The position numbers were made by a program, and so were the translations under genes. 64,000 bases of DNA, taken from the NCBI GenBank assembly GCA_003344405.1, contig NOWV01000017.1:186001-250000 (forward strand). The letters are read 5' to 3'. Below, in pieces: positions 39,427 to 50,010 of this stretch. A model generated the notes under the pieces. That model was not told where the DNA came from, ran no database searches, and saw only the letters and a program-made list of their open reading frames with translations. Each line of letters opens with the position of its first letter. The stretch's first letter is position 1. Origin of the DNA: Trichoplax sp. H2. Its lineage: Eukaryota.

Positions 39427-40593
39427 TAAGAGGTCTGGTATACAGTTTGATTAGGCCGTTTGTTGTTGTTAACATATTGCAGCTGATTTAGTAGTATGAT
39501 ACTGATACAGTACCTACACAACAATACTATTGATAGCGCTCTATTTTAGAGTCATGTTTGCCTATTCAATTGACTTCATCTATAGCACCAGGACAGCTGC
39601 AATTTGGACAAAAATGCCCAAGAAAATGATTCGATTTGGCTATGAAATGAAAAACTAGAACATACAATATTCCACTGTACTGTATAGTGTACAGCATAAG
39701 GCTCAAGACAATGATTTGATTGATTTTATTTTCGGTATGCCTTTGCTACACGGCATTTTTGCATCATCGCCACTTTTCATGAAGAAAAACTAACAGAAAT
39801 TCAGCAAGTCTTTGTCTTAAATAGGCCAGAAAAGCAGGCGTACATACTGTATACATACGTATTTAAATAGTAGAGGAATAAATGAGTATGCCGGGATGGC
39901 TGTACTTTACAGCATCCAGTCCAGTATCAATCATTTTCTCTGGGCTAGACATTACTTACTATAAGAGTATAACTATATCAGATCCTATTGAACCAAATGC
40001 AGAGGCCTAATAGTTATTATTAATAATCCAGTATAAAGTGCACGTTTCGATTTCGAAATGCGATTTGAACCTACAATAGTCGAGCAGAATAATCAACCAC
40101 ATAAGACTTGGCTTAAACCGGTAGTTTACTTTTCATTTCTTGACAATTTCGTTGATATGATGCCTTAGTTTATAGGTGTAAGGATGCTACTAACACCATT
40201 AGTATAATTATTATGATGATAATAACATTTCAGTGAACTTATGTAAGTTTAGGACATGTTAATATTAATCTTAAATTAAATAGGCTTTACCAGTGGACGT
40301 AAGTTAATAGCAGTATTGAGTAGCAGGTAATTTCATAACGATACAATATACTCCGTTATCTATTCTGATATTAGAATAATAATTTTCCCTGAAATTACCC
40401 ACTGTAGTTTGCACTCTATTTTAACCATAACCTGTGTATGAGCTTTTGCTCTTTCTAAGTCATCACTTTCAAAAACTATAAAAATGGATAATATATTAGA
40501 ATTTATTTTACTTTTCGATGTCAATATTACACTTCGTACTCTCAACAGCAAACGGTGGATAGCTTCAATGCGTTGAGGTCTGTCGGATGCTCC

Positions 40594-42360
40594 TTAATGA
40601 ACGGCAGAATGGAGCATTTTTGCCTTTAATGAATCAATTTCACTTTGCTTTTGTTCCAAGGAATCATGACATGCAGCTAGTTCTTGAATCATCAGATTCA
40701 TTTCTTGTTCCGAACTGGCCCGTGTTTCGCACAGTATCTGTATTTGTGCATTTTTAGTGGACAATTCTTTCATTAACTCTTCCTTTTTTGCTTGTAATTC
40801 CCTTTTAGCCATCGTTTCATCATCTTGCAGGGGATAATATTGGTTACCCATATTAGCTTTATCTTTGGCAATTTTGATTTCATTTTGAAGTCGATAGCAT
40901 TCAATGACTTTGTCTTTGTAGGCTTCTTTACTCATATCTAACCTAGCGTATAAATCTGCAACCTGCCGTTTTAGGTTAGTATTTAACTCAACTGCGAATT
41001 TCAGATTGGCTTGGGAATCCGATAATCGTCGATACAAAGCTTTTCCTTTTTTCACTGCATCCATATGTTGTTCTTCTAAATGTTCGTGAGCAACATACAG
41101 CGCCATTGTAGAATTTTTAGCGCAAGTCTTTTCTTCTCTCTCTTTATGGCGTAGTTCACGGCTTAACCTTTCAATTTCATCTTGATAACTTTTCGATTCT
41201 TCCTGGAGTATTCTAATAATCTCTTCAAAGTCACTATTATGATTCTTTTCTATAGTCAACGCATCAGTGCATTTCTTAACTTCTAATTCTATTACTTGAG
41301 CGCAATCAAGCAATGTACGACTATCGAAATTCTCAGCTTCTTCATGGTCATCCTTCCGTCTCAAGATATTTATACTGCCTATTAATGAATCCTTGACTAA
41401 GGTATCGTTGGCTTGTGATGATTCCATCAAAATCTCTAGATGACTAATTACATCTTTAAGTTCGTCGTTTCTTACGTGGGCATTTTGTAAATCATCATTA
41501 GATTGATTTAGCATACCTTTGATGGTAGCTATCTCGGTAGTATTATTTTCGATAATCTCTTGCAGATTTGTAATCAATGCTTTTAGTTGTTGGTTTTCCA
41601 GTGATGCATTATCTACTGTAAGGGAATATTGGCCTTTCATTTGCTCACTTTCGGAAAGTTTATCTAATGCTGATGTTAAACGATCTTCGTAGGAGGATAA
41701 ATTGATAGCCATCTTCTCTTGCTCTAGTTCTAATTCATCAATCCGTTGTGCTTTGGCTTGATTATCCTCTCGTACTTGCTCTACTTGACTCTTTAACATG
41801 TTTACAGATTGCTTGCTTTCTGCCAGTAAAGTATCAAGCGCGTCTTTTTCAATTTTCATACTAGATAATTGACTCTCCAATGTCATATTAGCAGCTATCA
41901 AATCTTCAAATGATGTCGGTATAGTTTCATTGTTATTCTGTCTACTGACAACTACTACATCGCCTTGAACATTGAACAAGTCCAGCCAGTCATAATCGTT
42001 ATCGGCTTCATCCAGTTCAAGAGGAAGGATAGTGAAGCTACGACTTACTGCAACCAATCGATTTTTATGATTCATATAGCACAGTTGATAAGTACTTTCA
42101 GTGGTAATTTCTTGTGGGATTGGTAATACATATTTGTTGATATGCGTATCATTGGAGCAATCAGTGCCGACATATTGACGCAGCAAGCAATCTTCTTCTG
42201 ATTTCCATCCAACCTTGAATAATCCGATCCAATCGCCATCATTGCAATTGGATTCTTGCACTCCCTCAACATCAAATTGTATGTTATCTCCTCGATGATA
42301 TCGACCTTGAATATTGGTGAAAGAAATATCAACTTTGAGTGATGATTTGGCCTCCATCAT
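40594..42360 (-). CDS. TAX1BP1/CALCOCO (NDP52) family protein, SKICH domain plus coiled coil; single 588-aa ORF
   Basis: SKICH motifs DWIGLFKVGW and YQLCYMNH...SRSF, a DVVVV segment at the position of the non-canonical LIR, and a long coiled coil. No C-terminal zinc finger is visible. Confidence 0.85.
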   Translation of the reverse strand: MMEAKSSLKVDISFTNIQGRYHRGDNIQFDVEGVQESNCNDGDWIGLFKVGWKSEEDCLLRQYVGTDCSNDTHINKYVLPIPQEITTESTYQLCYMNHKNRLVAVSRSFTILPLELDEADNDYDWLDLFNVQGDVVVVSRQNNNETIPTSFEDLIAANMTLESQLSSMKIEKDALDTLLAESKQSVNMLKSQVEQVREDNQAKAQRIDELELEQEKMAINLSSYEDRLTSALDKLSESEQMKGQYSLTVDNASLENQQLKALITNLQEIIENNTTEIATIKGMLNQSNDDLQNAHVRNDELKDVISHLEILMESSQANDTLVKDSLIGSINILRRKDDHEEAENFDSRTLLDCAQVIELEVKKCTDALTIEKNHNSDFEEIIRILQEESKSYQDEIERLSRELRHKEREEKTCAKNSTMALYVAHEHLEEQHMDAVKKGKALYRRLSDSQANLKFAVELNTNLKRQVADLYARLDMSKEAYKDKVIECYRLQNEIKIAKDKANMGNQYYPLQDDETMAKRELQAKKEELMKELSTKNAQIQILCETRASSEQEMNLMIQELAACHDSLEQKQSEIDSLKAKMLHSAVH

Positions 42361-42467
42361 TGCGTTTAAGATTTGTCAATAGGGACTGTTAGGGATGTTT
42401 TTTTTTTTCTTCCAATGCACAAGACTGACAGCCAGTCGATCACAACAACAAGGCGAAAGAAGTTTGT

Positions 42468-42720
42468 TACAGTACTGTACTGTTTGTGATGGGTGAATGA
42501 TGCGGTATTTGTACTTTGTAAGTAAAGTACAAAGTACGGTAGGCTAGAGTGCGATGACCAATCATGGCAGTACTGTACACTGTAGTGTAGTGTACTGTAC
42601 TCTACTGTACTCTACTATACTGTACTGTACAGTACTGTACAGTACAGTACAGTATTTCTGCACGGTCATCTCTCACTGACTACAGTACACCACACGTACC
42701 GTACAGTACTGTACTGTAGT
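42468..42720. repeat. Dense TACAG/CTGTA pentamer cluster upstream of the CALCOCO-family gene
   Basis: e.g. TACTGTACTGTACAGTACTGTACAGTACAGTACAGTA at about 42618-42654, with mixed unit orientation. Confidence 0.85.
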
Positions 42721-42980
42721 CAGTGACACGTCCGCATAGTGAAAGTATAGTTATAACGGTCCATTACGTCACGATTACAACGCACTAAAATTAAAATATG
42801 ACAGCACAGTCAGGGACTTGTAATGAAAGTAATACTGGCCTTTACAAAGTCCCTGGGTACAGTGCTGTAAATTGGAAAGATGGAGATACTACTCTATGAA
42901 AAATAGGCATTTATTGACATTGGTTGGCAAGTCAATACGCTAGAGTGGATGTACAGTAGGTACAGTATGGGGCTTCAAAT

Positions 42981-43129
42981 TCCGGTGGCTCACAAGGCTC
43001 CGCGCATACGCCGTAAGAACTGGTGATACGCTACAGAAATGATGTCACACAATCTTCAAGTGATATCGCGCAAACTTGAACTTCATCAGTTCTTACGGCG
43101 TATTGCGCTGAGCCTTGTAAGCCACCGGA
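42981..43129. mobile_element. MITE, 149 bp, ~46-bp TIRs, 6-bp TSD TCAAAT
   Basis: Left TCCGGTGGCTCACAAGGCTCCGCGCATACGCCGTAAGAACTGGTGA; right TCATCAGTTCTTACGGCGTATTGCGCTGAGCCTTGTAAGCCACCGGA; TCAAAT at 42975-42980 and 43130-43135. Confidence 0.8.
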
Positions 43130-43220
43130 TCAAATAGCTGCTCATTAATTCATTCATTAATTAATGATACTGCTGAGATGATGCAATCTAGTGTGCCACT
43201 ACAGTACTGTACACAGACTG

Positions 43221-43339
43221 TCATGGACTACGCAAAAAAGACCTGCAGACATAGCTCATAACGGTTTGAACCGAATCGAACCTTTCTCAGGTCTACCTGC
43301 ACTCTTGCAGTTGCGTATCAGTACTGAAGTAGTCCATGA
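43221..43339. mobile_element. Possible second MITE or fold-back, ~119 bp
   Basis: Perfect 11-bp terminal inverted repeat TCATGGACTAC/GTAGTCCATGA, inner AGACCTG/CAGGTCT and GGTTTGA/TCGAACC; no clear TSD. Confidence 0.45.
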
Positions 43340-43818
43340 TACTGAATCATAGTCATGACTCAGAAAGCTCTACAATGCACAGTACATGACGCTACAGTAC
43401 TTACTGTAAAAGAAAGAATGAAAGTACTGTACTGTATCGTACGGTACGATACTCTATTCCCATTCAGCCAGGGACCAATGAAGGCTTCAAAGCTTGACTT
43501 CTATACTGTACAGTACAGTACAATACAGGAGTGAAAATCCAGCAGTGTTTTCAGCACACGGCAAGTTTCCAAATTTGCCATTTTCCAGTTCCTGTACAGT
43601 AGCAAGTTTTATTTTTAGTCATGATTGTGCTAAGGTAAAAATGACCTACCTGGATATTTCTTTCCCACCAAGTTAAAGTTGCCCTTATTAGGTGAACAAT
43701 AACAACATCCAAGCTGTGTATTCGTCATTATCTCGTGGGGATATCATTAGTAACAGTACAGTCAGTCAAGAACCTTTCCATAGCCGGCAGTCACTCCTTG
43801 AACTTAATCAATCTCGAC

Positions 43819-45286
43819 ATGGTTTGGGAACGTTTTATTAGGTAGGTTGAATTACCTTTGATTGCATGATGCAAATGGTGAATGTTGAATGAAGAGATAG
43901 GTTGAGAACAGAAATATTATTCAAGCACACTTTATCACCTTAAATAGTTTGTACAGGGGTTGATTAGTCATCACAATGAACTACACTTGCTTTGATGTCG
44001 TACTAGCTTGCATAGTAACTGCATGACATAACTAAGCTACGTGTCAATCCAGCATGACAGCAATTGACAAGGTTAAAAATTTTTCAAATTTCTCAATCAG
44101 CTTCTTCATCGGCTTCTATTTTCTTCTACAGTATCGATAGACTGTTGTAGTTCGTAATACACCAGAAAGTAAGCTTTTTCATAAAGTTGAAGATGATACC
44201 ATGATACGATTTGATTTGAAATCATAGTAGATGACATGGTAGGTAATTCAAAATTGCAACTCAGCCTTTCCTAGTAGGGTATACGCGATACAAGTGATTG
44301 CATCGCATATAATATACTGTATATATTCTACTTGCTGCCACGTTATTAAACAATCCATCATGTAACGGACTTTGTAAGCAATCCATGATACAATCGTTCA
44401 TCGCAATTCTTTAAAGTAGTAATATTCTGAAACAGAGACACAACAATCATTTACAAATAATTCACTACAAGTACTCATTCATGGATCTTGATTCTTCAAT
44501 TAAAGTAACAATATTCTGAAATAGATAGAGTAATAATTGACAAAGAATTCACTGAAATGATACCATCGTCAATCTTCGTCAAAGTAATAATACATCGTAT
44601 TCAAGAAATAGAGATACGGTAGTAATTGAGAAATGATTCATTCTCAGATTCGGTAGGGTAAAAGTATTACTGCAATAGATATAGGTGAATTGGACTTCTT
44701 TCGACCTTAGTCATTCAGGTTGAACTAAATCTATAAATTTACAATCCTCTACAATCGAATGCTAATATTATTATTTGTCATTACCAAGCCGATTTGCAAG
44801 CCAATATTTAACGGAAAGGGTAAGAATAGCATTTCATGATTTAATTATTATCCTTAACAAGAATGAATCAAACATTATTTCCAATCTGTAGCTGGCCAAT
44901 TCCTACCTTATGCGTAGGCTTGCCCAATTAACTCATTATCATTACCTCAAAATGCGGAATGTGGGTGAGTGCATAGAATAGACGTAATGCATTGAAATTC
45001 AGTTGCACAATGGCTGGATTTGCGTTTTGTAAAATATAATTTGAACATTTCTGAGGTAATCAAATATAGCTTTCAGTATGATTGCCTTTCAAATAATTCA
45101 AAACTGCTGCGTTACGATATACTGTACTGTATAATCAATTTAGGCAATGAGAGTGTTGAAAATTTGAAACGGAGAACTCAAGCTCCTTATTCTAAAAGTC
45201 AAGAAGTAAAAGAAGGTTTCTTCAACACCTTTCTAAGAAATATTCAGGTCGAAATGGAGAAGGAGAGGCGAAAGAAAAATTTATAA
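43819..45286 (+). CDS. NCBP2AS2: NCBP2-AS2-like microprotein, 85 aa, 4 exons
   Basis: Exons 43819-43841, 44053-44071, 44892-44964 and 45144-45286 (all GT-AG, phases match) give MVWERFISMTAIDKLANSYLMRRLAQLTHYHYLKMRNVGNESVENLKRRTQAPYSKSQEVKEGFFNTFLRNIQVEMEKERRKKNL; LxxSxxMRRxAQLT and FxxxFxxxI resemble the family. Confidence 0.72.
44400..44645. repeat. Degenerate ~90-bp tandem repeat (3 copies), intronic
   Basis: AAAGTARYAATA...GAAAYAGA...ATTCA recurs near 44412, 44502 and 44581. Confidence 0.55.
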
Positions 45287-46425
45287 TCAAGCTATTACAA
45301 TATTATATTATATTATAAAATGAGATGATACGCAACTTGTATTTTTTATTTCAAGATCATTCTTACAGCTCATTATCTGATGCGCTTCTTAAGTAATTGC
45401 CCAAAATAGACAAAATACTAATTCGCCGTATTAATCTGCAAGTATGTATGATATGCAACTCGTACTTTTTGAATAGCATGGCTATAAAATGTCCACGTAT
45501 GCATTACTATCAGGATTCGTTATCAAATAGCGACTCGCTTTTATAAAATAATAATGTAATTTTCGTTTTGGACTTGTGTGAGAGTTAAATTATGTAGATA
45601 AATACTGTACCGTATATGTTCAATGTTAAGGTAAATGATGATGGTTTATTTGGTGGTAGGGAGTTGTAAATGCGGCTTAGGCAATCGCTATTCTTGAATA
45701 TAATTGGCTAAAGGTATAAATTGACGCTAATTAGCTATGGTTAAAATCAGTAATTTGAATATCCAGCTTATCTCTCGTCCAGTCATGATTTATGATCCTT
45801 GCTGACGATTAAAGGACATCATTTATCAAGGAGTCCGTAAGGATATCAGATACCTAGCTTGGCCGTGCTTACTGCTCAGCCACGATTTTTGGCTCCAAGC
45901 TATGATCCATAATACAGCTTTCCGTTCATAGCTTGTAGGATTACTATATATACTTGCTCTGTATTGCTATACAAGATCGTACAGTTTAGGAAATGCTGTT
46001 GCATTATTGACTCCTTTGGAACATTGTATTTATGTAAGTAAATTGATATTTTACAAGGCAATATTGCTACCTTTGGGGAGCTAAAGTATTAAAGCCTAGT
46101 AAACGATAACAACGTCTTTTTCTTGCTGATTTTGGTCTGCTCTGCTCAGTACACAGTCAAGTAAATCCTTATGCAAGCTACTTTTACATAATTAATTACT
46201 GTTCTACTATTAGTGATGATAGCCAGAGCATGTGTATCGTTAATAAAGTAGGATTACGAGACCGATAGTAATCTTACAATCCATCGATGTTAACCCAAAG
46301 TTGGCCTGTTAATCTCCTTTATTATTGTACGAGCATCACGACACCAGTGGTAATCTCCCACTTGTTGTAGAATACAGTAGAGTGTCGACAAATGGCCTTC
46401 GAAACTGAAATATACGCGTAAGATA

Positions 46426-47411
46426 GAAATAGTGCATGCTGCAAGTTCGATGATAAGTCTGTACAACTATCAAACTATCACTATAGGGGAAGAGATCTAG
46501 ATGATCTTTGGTAAAAGTTGTGGTTTTACGCAATAAAGAGAAGTGTTTTACGAAGAAGAAATGGAGGTTTTGAAATAGAGCATGCAGCAAGCTCGATGAT
46601 AAGACTGTACAAGTATCAAACTATCACTATAGGGAAAGAGATCTAGGTGATCTTTGGTAAAAGTTGTGGTTTTACGCAATAAAGAGAAGTATTTACGAAG
46701 AAGAAATAGAGCATGCGGCAAGTTTGATGATAAGACTGTACCACTATCAAACTATCACTACAGGGAAAGAGATCTAGGTGATCTTTGGTAAAAGCTCTGG
46801 TTTTACGCAATAAAGAGAAGTGTTAACGAAGAAGAAATAGAGCATGCAGCAACTTTGATGATAAGACTGTACAACTATCAAACTATCACTATAGGGGAAG
46901 AGATCTAGGTGATCTTTGGTAAAAGCTCTAGTTTTACGCAAGAAAGAGAAGTGTTTACGAAGAAGAAATGGAGGTTTTGAAATAGAGCATGCGGCAAGTT
47001 TGATGATAAGACTGTGCAAGTATCAAACTATCACTATAGGGAAAGAGATCTAGGTGATCTTTGGTAAAAGCTCTGGTTTTATGCAATAAAGAGAAGTGTT
47101 TACGAAGAAGAAATGGAGGTTTTGAAATAGAGCATGCGGCAAGTTTGATGATAAGACTGTGCAAGTATCAAACTATCGCTATAGGGAAAGAGATCTAGGT
47201 GATCTTTGGTAAAAGCTCTGGTTTTATGCAATAAAGAGAAGTGTTTACGAAGAAGAAATGGAGGTTTTGAAATAGAGCATGCGGCAAGTTTGATGATAAG
47301 ACTGTGCAAGTATCAAACTATCACTATAGGGAAAGAGATCTAGGTGATCTTTGGTAAAAGCTCTGGTTTTATGCAATAAAGAAAAGTGTTTTACGAAGAA
47401 GAAACGGAGGG
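46426..47411. repeat. Tandem array of 7 copies of a 131/145-bp unit
   Basis: Copies start at 46426, 46572, 46703, 46834, 46979, 47124 and 47269; the last three are nearly identical. Confidence 0.97.
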
Positions 47412-50010
47412 TGTTGTATTTGCAGAAGCTGGCAGCCTACTTCAGGATCGTTGTAGCAAAGTCGTGTGCAAAATGAGCTGTCACCTATTCGACCGTTTTT
47501 ATTCTTTTTTTGTCCTAGTAGACAGTGTAATAAGTTAACATAACGGACACCATGATCCCACAAGATGACAAACCATTCTGCACATCGTTTTCCTCGCTTG
47601 TCCGTCCTCTCCATCCGCTACAACATAGTATTGACTCATACAGCTGTCACAGAATAGGCATTAGACCAGCATTGTCTTGATACTATTGAGTGATTGATTA
47701 TTATTTATTTATTTATTTTACCGTATTTACACCGGTCTGGTCCAATTTTCGACTCCACGACTCCATGTATACTCAAGGCTAGTACTGGATGGTATGTATG
47801 GGTAAGTGTAGCATGTAGAGTTGAGTAGCCAGAGCAGCCCTTTCCTGACGTATTGTACGTGGATAGTAGCGAGTTATTGCAAAATCTCAAGACAAACTTT
47901 CTGACGTAGATCTACAATCAGTTGGTTTAAGAGGGAGAAAAAGAAATTGCAATACGCTTTAGGCCCGTAAAAAAGAGAAAAAACCTGAGGGTCAATTGCA
48001 TACCGTTGAAATTTTGGTCACCTTGAAGATATTAAGGTAAGCGTGATTGAACACGGCGAGATAGTTCCTATCGGCTGAACTGTTTGCATGGTGCCAACCA
48101 TGATGGACACGTAAACTCCCTTTTGTGATAGCCAAATGGCGATCATCGTCATCAACTACTCTACCGTTGTAGGCCGGCCTTTCATCATCCATGATATCAT
48201 CATTGAATAGCAATCGATGTCGAAATCAATCGAGCAATTTCTCTGCTTGATATTGGATTCAAAGGCATGCGATATCCCAATGCAATCGTAGCCGTGATGA
48301 ATGTGCCACTCGTATAGGACGATTAGCGACTTCTAATAATGCCTTTCAAACTGAATTGAATCCTGTAGCTTTTCTCAACTTCTTTTACTGTTGAGAAAAT
48401 GGATAACCAAGTACATGACATTATTTCCATTTTTTCAACGATTGAACGTAGGATAGGGTATTTATCCATCTTCTATCTACTTGTATTCCACACTATATGC
48501 ATTAGAAATGACAATGTACATCACTCACTGTCTATTCGCCTCTTTCAACCATGTTAAAACTCAAGAGAAATGAATTCATTTTAGGCGTACATGATTAGCA
48601 TCTCATGGTAAAAAGATGAATACTATCAATGAATGAATCGATGCTCTACTATAGCATGCTATTCCCCCAAAATAGAAAGACATAGAAAACATGTAGAAAC
48701 TGCGATACTCATCATTATGATGCGAGTAGAGTAAACTTGACCCTTAATTGAAATACTCCCAATAGACAGAGTAGTCGTCTACTGGACTTTCTCCAGCTAC
48801 TTGTAGGATAGCCATCAGTGATTGTCAACTTACTGTCATTGTCAATACACGACTTTCCATGGGATGATGAATGGATACAATAAGATAAAAAGTAGCCTAG
48901 TTGATTAACGATTGCTAATAGTAAAAAGATACCATAATCGGCTAATTTCCAGTACCGATTTTCGTTTTTTCTCTCATCGGTTAAGTGAAAGTACTCTCTT
49001 ACATTTGAAAACTGAGAGTGCGCAACTTTAGCTTCAAATTCGAGAAACCATTTGTAAAAATTGCAATCAACTGCCATGCCGACGCAGTCAATTGATTACT
49101 AGTGGAATAATATCTTGCCGTAGCAAAGAAATTTGGTCCATCTAGCATACACAAGTCGTCCAAAATTTTTACTTTCATTCTATCTTTGTTCACACATTAG
49201 ATGAAAAGTATTCTACATGCTCACGTACTTTTAACATCAATCTCGATCTTGACTCATTCGTTCTTTTGGGCAAGGGATGCCTACTCACGTCTACTACGCA
49301 TTGACTGTTAAGGTTAACTAAAGCGGAAAATGGAGCTATCCTACAACTACAATAGCTAAATCGAAAGGTAATACTACAATACTGTTTATCTTGCCATCAA
49401 CTTACCGATTAAATTGCTCAAGAATCAAACTTGTAACTCTTAACTTTGTCTCTCATGATTATTATCAATACCGGCTGACATACGCTTGAAAACAAACAAA
49501 ACAACTCGAGCTATATATGCTACAACTTTGATCCCTTTTATAATTATATAATCTTCAAGTTACCCCTTTCCCTTTGCAATAGTCATTTTAACTGCAAAAT
49601 TACGCCAAGTGTACGGGAAATAATGAAGCATTGAATGTCGGAGATATGTCTGATCTGACATGCTTATCATCGAACTGACTGATCATCAGGTACGCGCATG
49701 CTGCCACTTGACAGTAAATGGATGTTATGCAAAGGCAAGAGACGAGCCTGCTAGCTCAAAGAAACAGCTTATCGCCCTTGCAATCGTGTAAGAGATTGAA
49801 AGTAATTTCTAGTAAAGTTTGACGTTTCTTCTGTCTTGCTGCTAATTATACCTTAGATGTATAAATCTCTTAAAACTTTTTATTCGGAAATCTTAAACTG
49901 GATCACCGCTGTGTACATCTGATGATCTTTATTACGCCTAGTCGATTTTAGAGTGGAACAAGTCCTTGAAGATGATTCCGTACTGTGTTGCTAGGAGTTA
50001 ATCTTTCACC

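Noticed and set aside
46426-47411. CRISPR array or repeat-protein CDS (ORFs 46336-47309)
   Set aside because: Whole units repeat with no unique spacers; the 145/131-bp periods are not multiples of 3 and frames hit stops.
49718-49787. Alternative MLX first exon MDVMQRQETSLLAQRNSLSPLQS
   Set aside because: Its phase-1 donor gives stops with the nearby acceptors and is out of frame with exon 51329; it could join exon 52026 directly but this is unsupported, so it may be 5' UTR.
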